Shown: positions 1-39,000 of the stretch, piece by piece
How positions within the stretch are numbered: position 1 is the stretch's first letter
How the letters are laid out: every line of letters begins with the position of its first letter
Assembly (NCBI GenBank): GCA_020137815.1
Contig: CM035357.1
Coordinates: forward strand, 4,526,001-4,590,000
Direction of reading: 5' to 3'
Source of the DNA: Hormiphora californensis
Taxonomy: Eukaryota; Animalia; Ctenophora
DNA length: 64,000 bases
Notes under the pieces: model-generated
What the model was told of the DNA's origin: nothing
Database searches by the model: none
Seen by the model: the letters and a program-made list of their open reading frames with translations, nothing else
Program-made: the position numbers and the translations under genes

Positions 1-1
1 G

Positions 2-28124
<28,123 letters not shown>

Positions 28125-28304
28125 TTCTTTAAACAGACTCTTGACTTCGCACTGCTCGCGACTGTAATTCCGAGCAGTGCGAGGTCATTAAACAAGTTGA
28201 TTACTAAATGGTATTTGTGTTGTGTGAGGGGGAACTTTTGTTATACTACATACTACCGTATTTTACTGGAAACTTAATCCTGATCTGAAGCATAACCTAA
28301 TCGG

Positions 28305-28412
28305 CAGGAACCGACCGAAACAAGTAAACAACCAATCAGAACTAGTTATTTAGGTCACTTGACTGGTCATCAGCCAATCATGGATCTGTATTTCCTGATT
28401 CGGTCGGTTCCT
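28305..28412. mobile_element. CAGGAACCGACCG MITE
   Basis: Same TIRs and internal sequence as the other copies. Confidence 0.85.
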
Positions 28413-28507
28413 GCTAATCGGGGGTCATAAATAAAGATCCTGGAGTGAGCTCATTTTTCTTTTTTAATTTTTTATTACTCCTACGTTTATTGTAAATTAT
28501 ACATTTG

Positions 28508-28963
28508 TCAGTTATACATGTATGTTTTTATATCGCCTAACAATTTGCAATAACCATATCCCTTCCTTCCACCCCAATAACTTGATAATAACCTCCCTTT
28601 CGTTTTACATAGCAATGGAATCATGTAGCCAGTATTTGTTTGCCGGTTGGAAATTAACTGCCTCTTTGCAGTTTGTACTTGTGTTCCAACGTGAAAGTGA
28701 AGGTACGTAGTTTTAGTTTTATAAGATGATTTGAGTTTTGTCAGATTATCAAGTAAAGGGGGTATACATCTGTGTGTACATGTCCGACAGATCGTTGATT
28801 TGACTTTTTCTATCGACCAAGTGTTCTGGCTTTTCTCTATCCCTCACACACACACCATCTCTTATCAGTTAGTGATGCAGTGATGACGAGCAACATACCT
28901 TGCTGAGTCCTCAAAGTGAACTGGTGTACTACACAATGCTACTGCTAAGGAATATATCAACAT
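28508..28963 (-). CDS. Candidate small secreted cationic protein or peptide precursor, 108 aa, 2 exons (absent from the ORF track)
   Basis: CACC-ATG at 28963. Exon 28963-28899 reads MLIYSLAVALCSTPVHFEDSA with a GTATGT donor. ACAG acceptor leads to exon 28769-28508, open for 86 codons in matching phase. AATAAA lies ~20 nt after the stop. Confidence 0.45.
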
Positions 28964-29287
28964 GGTGTGAAAGGTGAGGAATATCGTAGATCATATATCA
29001 GCCTGATTCAGCTAGATGATTATCCTATCCCCTCTCCCGTCGTTAATTTGATATGCTTTATGCTCTGGCTGTTTCTCTGTTATATACCTGAAGAGAGAGA
29101 GAAGAGCACCGTAAACCAGATGCATTATATTGTTCATTAACATGCATCCAGCTATGACTGGCAATATCATCAGACAGATAAAAGGAATATATTGGTACGC
29201 TACCCCCAATCATCATCCCGGTATCTTCCTATACATAGCTCATATTGAAACCACGTGTGGTTATGTCGGCACCACCAATATTACAAT

Positions 29288-29289
<2 letters not shown>

Positions 29290-29376
<87 letters not shown>
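29290..29376. repeat. (TC)n microsatellite
   Basis: Direct inspection. Confidence 0.97.
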
Positions 29377-29381
<5 letters not shown>

Positions 29382-29571
29382 TCTTTCTTTCGTCGCACCG
29401 AAGTGGTCGACACCTGGGCTCACCGACCCTCAGCTCTGAAACTCTATTAGTACAGGACCAGGTTTAAAGAAAAGAGGGGAGAAAGAAAAATAGAACAGCT
29501 CGAGAGAAAGTTTAAATAAGAAGACATCTGGCCGAAGCCAGTCTCGCGTTTTGGCTCACTTCTTTTGAAAC

Positions 29572-32142
29572 ATGTTCCTTCTTGTTTTCTCACTCCTCCT
29601 GCTCCTTCATCAAAACAAATGTTGGAGCATCATCGGGGTCCAAGAGGTCCGTGATGTGTTCCCCGGTCCTGACAGCTCAACGGTCGACTTTGGAGCGGGG
29701 TACAACGCCATTTCCCTGTCTCGAACAGGGACATATGCCATCGCAGAGCCGGAATCTCAACATCTCCCAACGTCCCCCAATACCCGATTCATCAGCTCTA
29801 CATTCCAGCTGCGTCACTTCAAGAACAGGGAGGACCTCCTGAAGTTCTACATGAATGACAACACGATAGTGACAGCTGGGGACGGCCTAAAAGGCAGGTC
29901 TACCTCCACTTTTGTCCAGATCGTATCTGGGGAAGGGATCACGTGTTTGGACTCTCTGTTAGTGGTTGATATTGACCTTGTAACGGATAGTCAGATGATT
30001 AATGGAAAGGTGGAGTTGAGTGAAGCAGCTCAGAGGATGTTGAAACAAAATGAAACCCAGTTTATTGGGATGTTCGGGACTCATTATCTGAGAAGTGTGA
30101 TACGAGGTGGGAAACTCATCCTCCTGGTCAAGGTAACCAAGGTCAAGGTTGTAATAAATATATTGGGTATCCCAATGTATAATTGAAATAGATATGACTT
30201 TCTCTTTTTAATTTAAAACTAAATTCCCCCAGATTCGGAGTCACAGCACAGTTGGAAAGGAGCAACTTGATAAAGAGATGGCTGGACTCGCTGGCACACT
30301 CAGCCTGAAAGATGAGGCACAATTCCGGACCAAAATGATCAAACTCCAAACTATGGGTACCCTAGATTGGATCTTGTACACTCTCGGAGGAACAGTGAAA
30401 CCACCAGAGTCTCTCAGCCTTCTACAGGCTGTGAATTTTGCACTCAAGTTCCCCTCCCAGGTTTTACAACAGGATGAAGTTAGGGAACTTCAGTACTTAG
30501 GTAGGTGCATGGAACCAGGGTAACCCGGGCAAAATAATGCTGTCCGTTTTGGGGTGCCAACTCCAAAGATGGAGTAAGTTAGAAGCTCCTTCATAAAACT
30601 TTTAATATACTCCTTCATAAAACCAACTAAACCCCCTCCAGGTTATTGGCTGTTACCCTCTGTTCCCTGGTCTTTCTCAGCCACAGTGAGTTCATATCAG
30701 CAGTACACAGTTGAAATTATGGATTCTCTGACAGATTTTATGGGCCTTGAAGATGAGGTTGGAAATCTGAAGAATCTTCGATCCTCCCAATTAACTTGGA
30801 TTTACAAGTAATTACTATTTAATTAGTAGACGGACTAGTTACATTCTTGTGAATAGACCGACGGCCTTCTCTTTCCTGTAGTTCAACAAACAAAGTGTTG
30901 GATATGGGTTGTATAAACTAAATCTCCTAATGCAGATGGCGGCTGGAAAGAGATCGGTCAAGTGGAGACTGAAACGAAGACCAAACGAAAAGCACTTAGT
31001 TCCCAGTTCACATCCGCCAACATTGAGAAGTTTAAAGAACTCGGCAAAAAGTATGATGGAGCGGCTGAGAAACTGAAAGAGGAGCTCACTGAAATTTTAG
31101 AGGTAATATGCATCATCTTGCCCAACTCAATCTTTATTTCCCATTCTTTTATCAGCCTCATAGTCTCTGCCAATTTCATCAAACTGTGACTTGATTTCCA
31201 AGTGATTTAATCTCTCGTTCCCCCCCCCCCCCCCCCCCCGCCAGGAGGAAAAATCCTATGTCATGGGCGAGGAAATATATCTGTATAACGCGAAAAGTGC
31301 AGTTTATGTTGGGCAGAAGAACTACCAAGGGTATGCTAGTGTGACTAAAACAACGCCAATAGTTATTACCATGGTACCATGCCCCTACAACACAGCATCC
31401 AGTGATTATGATGATGATGATGGTGATGGGATGGAAGCGAAATACCGGAATTCTCTCGTCACAATAAAATCTCCTTCTTTACCGGGTGAGAACTGAGAGT
31501 ATGAGATACAATTGCCTTGTTCGACCCTATTGACAATTATAGAGGAGGGTTAGAACAATAAGATGCTACAATACATTAGATTTAGAATTTAAATGCACCA
31601 CGTCCCTTTCATTACCACTCCATGAATTTTAAATTTACTAAAGTCTGATATTCACTCGGGAGAGACGGAGCAGGGCCCATTGTAATTTCGATAATGATCC
31701 ACTGTAAATCGTCCACTATTTCTCTAACTATTTCTTTAACTTTAATCCTCTACTATTTCTTTAACTAGTCCTCTACAAATTCTCCTCCACTATTCCACTA
31801 TTTTACTAAATATTCCTCCACTATTCCACTATTTTACAAATATTCCTTCCAGGTGAGGTCCTTTGCCTGGGCAGGAACTATTACACCCCGTTCTGGCGTG
31901 TTGAATCCTCCTACTATGCAAAGGAATGTTCCTGGCGCCTAAAACACGCCTCCGATCCCTACAAAACCAATCTAGAGTACGGGGACACTTTCATCCTCAA
32001 CAACGCGTACTGGCCTGGTTTTGCTTTTGGAGTGGATGCGTCGGGAAAGTGGGCCCTTGCGGTGCCTGACAGTGGTAGTAGCCAAATGTGGGGAACAACT
32101 TTGTGGAATTTGAAGAAAATCAAAACTGATGATGACAATTAG
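29572..32142 (+). CDS. Secreted MACPF-domain (perforin-like) protein with helical linker and probable C-terminal beta-trefoil-like domain, ~6 exons
   Basis: Signal peptide MFLLVFSLLLLL; FGAGYNAIS; signature FIGMFGTHYLRSVIRGGKL; YTLGG. Exons 29572-30132, 30233-30500, 30642-~30807, ~30936-31102, 31245-31485, 31853-32142. The exon 3/4 junction phase is unresolved. Confidence 0.8.
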
Positions 32143-32734
32143 TGAACAATACTGTCTCAGTCTGGAGATGGGGCTTCATGTTTTCAGTTTTAGATGAAAA
32201 CTCGAAAACTGGAGTTGAGGATATTTGACCATGACTATCATAAGCATGAGACGAGCAATTTAAAAATATGTCAATTGTCATTGCCATTAAGAACAACCAA
32301 TTGCTTTCACTCATTTAATTTGTATTAAATTTCTCTCGGACTTCACACGGCCGTGTGCCACCCCTGGTACCCATGTCCCTATATTTCTCTCTTTCAGTGC
32401 CACTCTTCTTACTATCTCTCTCCCTCTCTACTAACTAAAATTACGGGGAGACAACAATTGTCTTTGTGCAAGCCTCTTCTAAAGAGGTCCCGTAACCACG
32501 GATCTGCAGCTGATGGTCCTGACGGGGTGGTCCTCCCGTTATTCTTTCAGAAAGCTAGACGTGGCCAAAGAGTCTCAGACGATGTAAAGAAGTGTTTGAG
32601 ACGATAAACCCTGGAAGACGTGTGAGCGAGAAGATGTGGAGGAATAATCTGACAGGACAGCTGCCTTGGTGAGTATCATTCCCAAATCACAAACGATATC
32701 CCTTTTGAGATTATGTGTGAGTGAGCATTCGAGT

Positions 32735-33048
32735 CACCCCCTCCCTGCCGACGGTCCTCCCTGCCGACAGGTCCTTTCCACCCGCTCTGCCGACGATCGG
32801 CAGGGAGGGCATTTTACCCCTCCTTTCCACCCTCTGTACCGACGATCGGCAGGGAGGGCATTTTACCCCTCCTTTCCACCCTCTGTACCGACGATCGGCA
32901 GGGAGGGCATTTATCCCTCCTTTCCACCCGCTCTATACTATCGCCTGCCGGCCAAATTCTCGAGCTCACAGAAGGAGTGAAACGCCCTCCCTGCCGATCG
33001 CTGGTACAGAGAGTGAAAAGGAGGGGTAAATGCCCTCCCTGCCGAATA
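32735..33048. repeat. CCCTCCCTGCCGA-motif repeat element (includes 59-bp tandem units), interrupted by the 33049 foldback
   Basis: Repeated CCGACGATCGGCAGGGAGGGCATTT; the motif resumes after 34214. Confidence 0.7.
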
Positions 33049-34209
33049 GGGGGGGGGTGACACGTAACACTTTGTAACACTTTGTAACATGTAACGTGCA
33101 CAAAAAGTTTTCTGCACATGTTACAAAGTGTTACAAAGTGTTACAAAGTGTTACATAGTGTTACAAAGTGTTACATAGTGTTCCAAAGTGTTACAAAGTG
33201 TTACATAGTGTTACAAAGTGTTACATAGTGTTACAAAGTGTTACATAGTGTTACAAAGTGTTACAAAGTGTTACATAGTGTTACAAAGTGTTACATAGTG
33301 TTACAAAGTGTTACATAGTGTTACAAAGTGTCACAAAGTGTTACATAGTGTCACAAAGTGTTACAAATTGTTACAAAGTGTTACAAATTGTTACAAAATA
33401 TTTACAAAATATATAAGACGGTTGGTGAATAAGTAATTTGAACGACTTTGGTGTCTTTCTAGAACACATCTAAAAGTTTTAAATCATTTCTAGGGTTAAA
33501 ACATACACTTTTTTATTAATTTGCGGATGTTTTGAGCCTCCGATGTCATCGACTGTGGAAATCAGGGCTGAAATAGTCCATTTGGTAAAGAAAAATATGA
33601 ACTTTAGACACCGGTAAAGTTTTTAGAGTGATATTAAAAGTATTGTGCCTCTCAGAGGCCCCCAATGTGCTGATCGAGTCACCTGTGAGTTGTGACCCAA
33701 TCGTTAACACACGTTTTTTCATTGGTAATCGATTCTTTGTACTTAATAAGATGATATACAACGTTTCTGTTGGAAAAAGAAATAAAATTTTTCCAAATCA
33801 ATTTTTTGGTCAAAGATTGAAAATTTGCTTCGCTACAAATCCTTGTGTGTTTGTAAACATTTTGTAACAATTAGTAACACTTTGTTACAATTTGTAGCAC
33901 TTTGTGACACTATGTAACACTTTGTGACACTTTGTAACACTATGTGACACTTTGTAACACTATGTAACACTTTGTAACACTATGTAACTCTATGTAACAC
34001 TATGTAACACTTTGTAACACTATGTAACACTTTGTAACACTATGTAACACTTTGTAACACTATGTAACACTTTGTAACACTATGTAACACTTTGTAACAC
34101 TATGTAACACTTTGTAACACTATGTAACATGTAACGTGCACAAAAAGTTTACTGCACATGTTACAAAGTGTTACAAAGTGTTACGTGTCACCCCCCCCCC
34201 CCCCCCCCC
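33049..34209. mobile_element. Foldback element with poly-G/poly-C termini, 10-bp tandem arrays in the arms and GAATA TSD
   Basis: GAATA|GGGGGGGGGTGACACGTAACACTTTGTAACAC...GTGTTACGTGTCACCCCC(n)|GAATA; (TGTTACAAAG/TGTTACATAG)n at 33118-33400 and the inverse at ~33870-34130. Confidence 0.88.
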
Positions 34210-34501
34210 GAATAATCTCTCGGAGTGATTATTCGGCAGGGAGGGCAGGAAATGGGGGCCAAATACCCTACATGCCGATAGTGACATCATCCCAATTTCG
34301 TCGGCATTTAGGGCATTAGACTCCTATATCCCACCCTCATGGCAGGGAGGGCGGGTACCGAGCATTCGCAACCATACCAGGAAAATGCTATTTTTGACGG
34401 GGTCGTGGGATTGGGACAACCCCATGCAAGGGCTGTCTGGCGGCAGTCGGCGCTGACCTGATCTGAGTGCACTGTCTGGGCTCTGGGGCCGCCAGACAGG
34501 G

Positions 34502-34570
34502 GCTGTCTGGCGGCGCCGACCCGATCTGAGCGCACTGAGAATCAAAACGGGGTCTGGCGGCGCCAGACAG
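34502..34570. repeat. Small palindromic CTGTCTGGCGGCGCC...GGCGCCAGACAG repeat family
   Basis: Related copies at ~41524-41590, 42140-42180, 62063-62136, 63316-63389. Confidence 0.75.
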
Positions 34571-34959
34571 AGCAATTGGGCTATTGCTATACTTCTTGCT
34601 TGGGGTTGCCTTTAATTCAGTAAACGATTAAATCTGGGCTTTGAATAATAAAAAATCAATACAATATCTACCTCTGAACAATGCGAATATAATTTTCCTC
34701 ATCAACAACTAAACAATATAATACATTCTAACAGGGTTCACACACTCTTCCCCCTTACTCAACAACTGATAGATGTTTCGGTTTTAGCGGGTTGGAACTG
34801 TACAAAATATAGAGGAATTTAACACAATGTTTAATATAAAAACTCAAGTGGTAACATTCCCATTGTCCGTTTGATATTTAACGTTTCTCGGTTCATCTCC
34901 CTCTTTTCTAACCTAAAAGTTAAAAAACGCTAACACACAATATGAGACATGTTACAACC

Positions 34960-35525
34960 GGTGGGCGGACTCTAGAGCTAACGGACTCTTTATCTAAATC
35001 CAACGCGGACTCTATATCTAAAAACGGACTCTTTATCTACAGTTAGATTTTGAAAAAAGTTTAGATAAAGAGTCCTCCCGGTGTAGACTTTTTAGATAAA
35101 GAGTCCGCCCTGTGTAGAATTTTTAGATATAGTCCTCTAGTACATTTTGGCGCCAAATCCTCCAACCCGGACTCTATGTCTAAAATCCTAACCCAACCCA
35201 AAACCTAACCCTAACACTAACCCTAACCTCGAACCCAAATAACGGCCCTAACACTTCTAAATTAGTATAGGGGTAGAGCAAACTCTCGTTTCCGGCCTAA
35301 CGGCCGAAATCTCGAGTTCGCGGCGAAAGGCGGACTCTATATCTAATTTAGATTTATGTATATAAAGAGTCCACTTTGTTTAGACTTTTTAGATAAAGAA
35401 TCCGCCCTGTGTAGACTTTTTAGATAAAGAGTCCTCCTAGAGTTTAGAATTATTTGGACTCTTTATCTAAATCTAAATTTAGAGTCCTCTTTAGACTTAG
35501 AGTGTAGCACTAGAGTCCGCACACC
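34960..35525. mobile_element. MITE with GGT termini and imperfect 9-bp TSD (MULE/Merlin-like)
   Basis: GTTACAACC|GGTGGGCGGACTCTAG...CTAGAGTCCGCACACC|GTTACAAAC; subterminal GGACTCT.TATCTAAA repeats; family members at 43250-43464 and 60307-60866. Confidence 0.8.
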
Positions 35526-35532
35526 GTTACAA

Positions 35533-35638
35533 ACAGGAACCGACCGACACAAGTAAACAATCAGAACTCGTTATTTAGGTCACGTTACTGGTTATCAGCC
35601 AATCAGGGACCAGTATTTCCTGATTCGGTCGGTTCCTG
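35533..35638. mobile_element. CAGGAACCGACCG MITE
   Basis: TIRs present. Confidence 0.85.
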
Positions 35639-36006
35639 GCAATGGTTGTCCAGCAATCGATCTGGCATTCATTCTAAAAAGTAGATAATAAATACTCAGC
35701 CACAAAGCACACTATAAACATCAACAAAAATAATCAAATAATCAAATAACTGTCTCTGATTTGTTACCAGCGAATCTCAATATTCATACGAGGAATGAGT
35801 TGGATATAATAAGTTTAATTATGCAATTGATTGTCCAAAACTCAATGAAATCAACATTTCAAATCAAATAATTTAACGTTTTGAAAATCAAGAGAGAATC
35901 GCTGCACAAAATCAAGCTGTAGAGAATCGAGCTGAATAAATCAAGCTGTCATGTAGAATCAGTTTCCTCACCACGGGTGGTTGACATTTCACGGGTGGTT
36001 GACATT

Positions 36007-39000
36007 TCATGACTGATTACAGACCTTGGAGTTGCATTTTCCTGATTTCACCAGGACCGCGGCTACAGCCACCCCCACCACTAGGACGATAGTCACCACA
36101 ACGATAGCGATAATAGCACCAGTAGAGATCCCACCACTGGTATCTAGAGAGTAGAGTGTGTTAGTGATGGAGTATCTGATAGTGGGGGTAGGGGGGGGTA
36201 GAGGGGGATATAGTGGGCGTGGGTGGAGAGAGGGAGAGTGTGTTAGTGATGGACTATCTGATAGTGGGGGTAGGGGGGTAGAGGGGGATATAGTGGGCGT
36301 GGGTGGAGAGAGGGAGAGTGTGTTAGTGATGGAGTATCTGATAGTGGGGGTAGGGGGGGGGTAGAGGGGGATATAGTGGGCGTGGGTGGAGAGAGGGAGA
36401 GTGTGTTAGTGATGGACTATCTGATAGTGGGGGTAGGGGGGGTAGAGGGGGATATAGTGGGCGTGGGTGGAGAGAGGGAGAGTGTGTTAGGGGCTGGAGG
36501 GGGATATAGTGCACCCTCACTAACACACTCTCCTCTCTCCACCCACCCCCACTATAGTGAGGGTAGGGGTGGGGCTGGAGGTATCTGGAGAGAGGAGAGT
36601 GGGTGTTGGTGAGGGGGCTGGAGAGATACTGATAAAGGGGGTAGGGGTGGAGAGATATACTATTGCTAACATGTTAGTGAGGGGGCTGGAGAGAAAAAGT
36701 AGGGGTGGGTGGAGAGAAATAGCGAAGGAGTTTACTTGGAGAGATTAAGATTGAGCGAGGGATGGAGAGAGATAGAGAGATAATGGGGAGGGGAATTTAG
36801 CGGGTTGAGCTGTAATAGCGCATGCAGGCATTCGATCATTCAATCAAGACCAGCATTATTAATATGCATTTGATTCAACAGCAGTCCAGTGTGCCATGGT
36901 CCTCTTATAGCAGAGCTGTAATAGGCGATGTGTCTCTCTGACCTCCGTCAGGCCAATGTTATAACCGATGTTCTCGCGAAATGAGAATAAGGTCAAGTAT
37001 CAAAGCTCTGACAGGCACACACCGGGCCGTGTAGCTATGCAGCGAAGAAAAAGCGGTGCAGTAGATGATCCATGTCAATCATACACAATCATATTATTGT
37101 ACACAGTTTATTGTACACAGTTTATTGTACACAGTGTATAATTGTACACAAAGATCTGGCGTGTATTTTGATACCTGGCTCAACCTTCCCATCCTCTACA
37201 CAGTTAGCAATAGTACCATTCAGTTCACCCCCAGTACCACACGCCAGTACCGCCTCACCGCCACTCAGGTACGGCCACCTTTTATCAGGGCAGTTCAGGG
37301 TATAATTACTGCCTTCTAGTATGAACGCCTTGTCTGGTGTTACCGTTGCATTTGTGACTGGTCGGGTACACACCGGAGCTGAATATGTAATCAGAGGTTG
37401 GGATCAATGTGTACTACTGCAGGCTTTGGGCACGTCGCACCCCCATATATAGTGTGTGCGAGATTCGCAATCACAGATCCTATTTTTGATTCTCAAATCA
37501 CATCGGGTTGGTGCCGTCAGACAGAGGGAGTACAACGTGCCCAATATAACAAGCAGGAACCGACCGACACCAGTAGACAACCAATCAGAACTCGTTATTT
37601 AGGTCACGTGACTGGTTATCAGTCAATCAGAGACCAGTATTTCCTGATTCGGTCGGTTCAAGCTACATATGACGTGTTTCACATCACATTCTGCACTCAC
37701 CGCAAGTTATGGGTACTGTCAGTAGTTCCTCATCGTTCAGTCTTATTACAATGGAGGCATTTACCAAGTCAATCGGTCTCCAGAGATTAGCCGTCAATTC
37801 CCTGTCCTGACCTGGAAATGGAATAGGCTTGAATTGTTCATTGACAAGCGACTCAAGAATAGGTGTGGTGTACTCAATACTCAATAAAACTAACAAAAAA
37901 CATCAATGTAGGGTATTTACATGTTTCTCCTGCTTCCACAGCGGGTGAAAAGTAGTGTGGTGATGATGGTATCTCCGTCCCATTTTGACCCCTAACCACC
38001 ACGGAAACACAACGAGCAGTTGGGGGCAAATGGACAACTATTTGATCATCTTTATTAGTACAATTTATCATTACGTCTTTCTCCGTAAGGCTGTAGCTAT
38101 CACAACCTAGATAGGAGATAATAAGGAAACTAAACATCACCAGATTCAAGCAAATGGTACCCTCTCTGGCACTGCTGACCCCGTTTCGATTCTTAGATCG
38201 GCGCCGCCAGACAGACAAAACCCAAGATAATACAGTAGCAGAGTTCATTCAATTTAGTAGTCGAGTCTATTCAATTTATAGTAGCCGAGTCTATTCAAAT
38301 TAGTAGTCGAGTCTATTCAATACCTTTCTCTTCAGATGGCCGCTCTACTTTGATTGTTTGTAGTATTTGGTAACCATTATCAATCCGAGCCAACCGGCTG
38401 AAATACATACACCTGAAAGTGAACAGATTAGAGATGGAGAAGGCGTTCGGCTGAAATACATACACCTGAAAGTGAACAGATTAGAGAGGGAGAAATACAT
38501 ACACCTGAAAGTGAACAGATTAGAGATGGAGAAATACATACACCTGAAAGTGAACAGATAGAGATGGAGAAGTACATACACCTGAAAGTGAACAGATTAG
38601 AGATGGAGAAATACATACACCTGAAAGTGAACAGATTAGAGATCATGGAGAAATACATACATCTGAAAGTGAACAGATTAGAGATCATGGAGAAGTACAT
38701 ACACCTGAAAGTGAACAGATTAGAGATCATGGAGAAATACATACACCTGAAAGTGAACAGATTAGAGATCATGGAGAAATACATACACCTGAAAGTGAAC
38801 AGATTAGAGATCATGGAGAAGTACATACACCTGAAAGTGAACAGATTAGAGATCATGGAGAAATACATACACCTGAAAGTGAACAGATTAGAGATCATGG
38901 AGAAATACATACACCTGAAAGTGAACAGATTAGAGATGGAGGCTGAAGTACATACACCTGAAAGTGAACAGATTAGAGATCATGGAGAAATACATACACC

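Noticed and set aside
35185-35235. Interstitial telomere (CTAACC-like repeats)
   Set aside because: Short, degenerate and an internal part of the 9-bp-TSD MITE family (also at ~43310 and ~60610)
37890-37920. 31-nt micro-intron in the Ig/sushi gene
   Set aside because: A much better in-phase acceptor exists at 37812 (CCATTTCCAG|GT)
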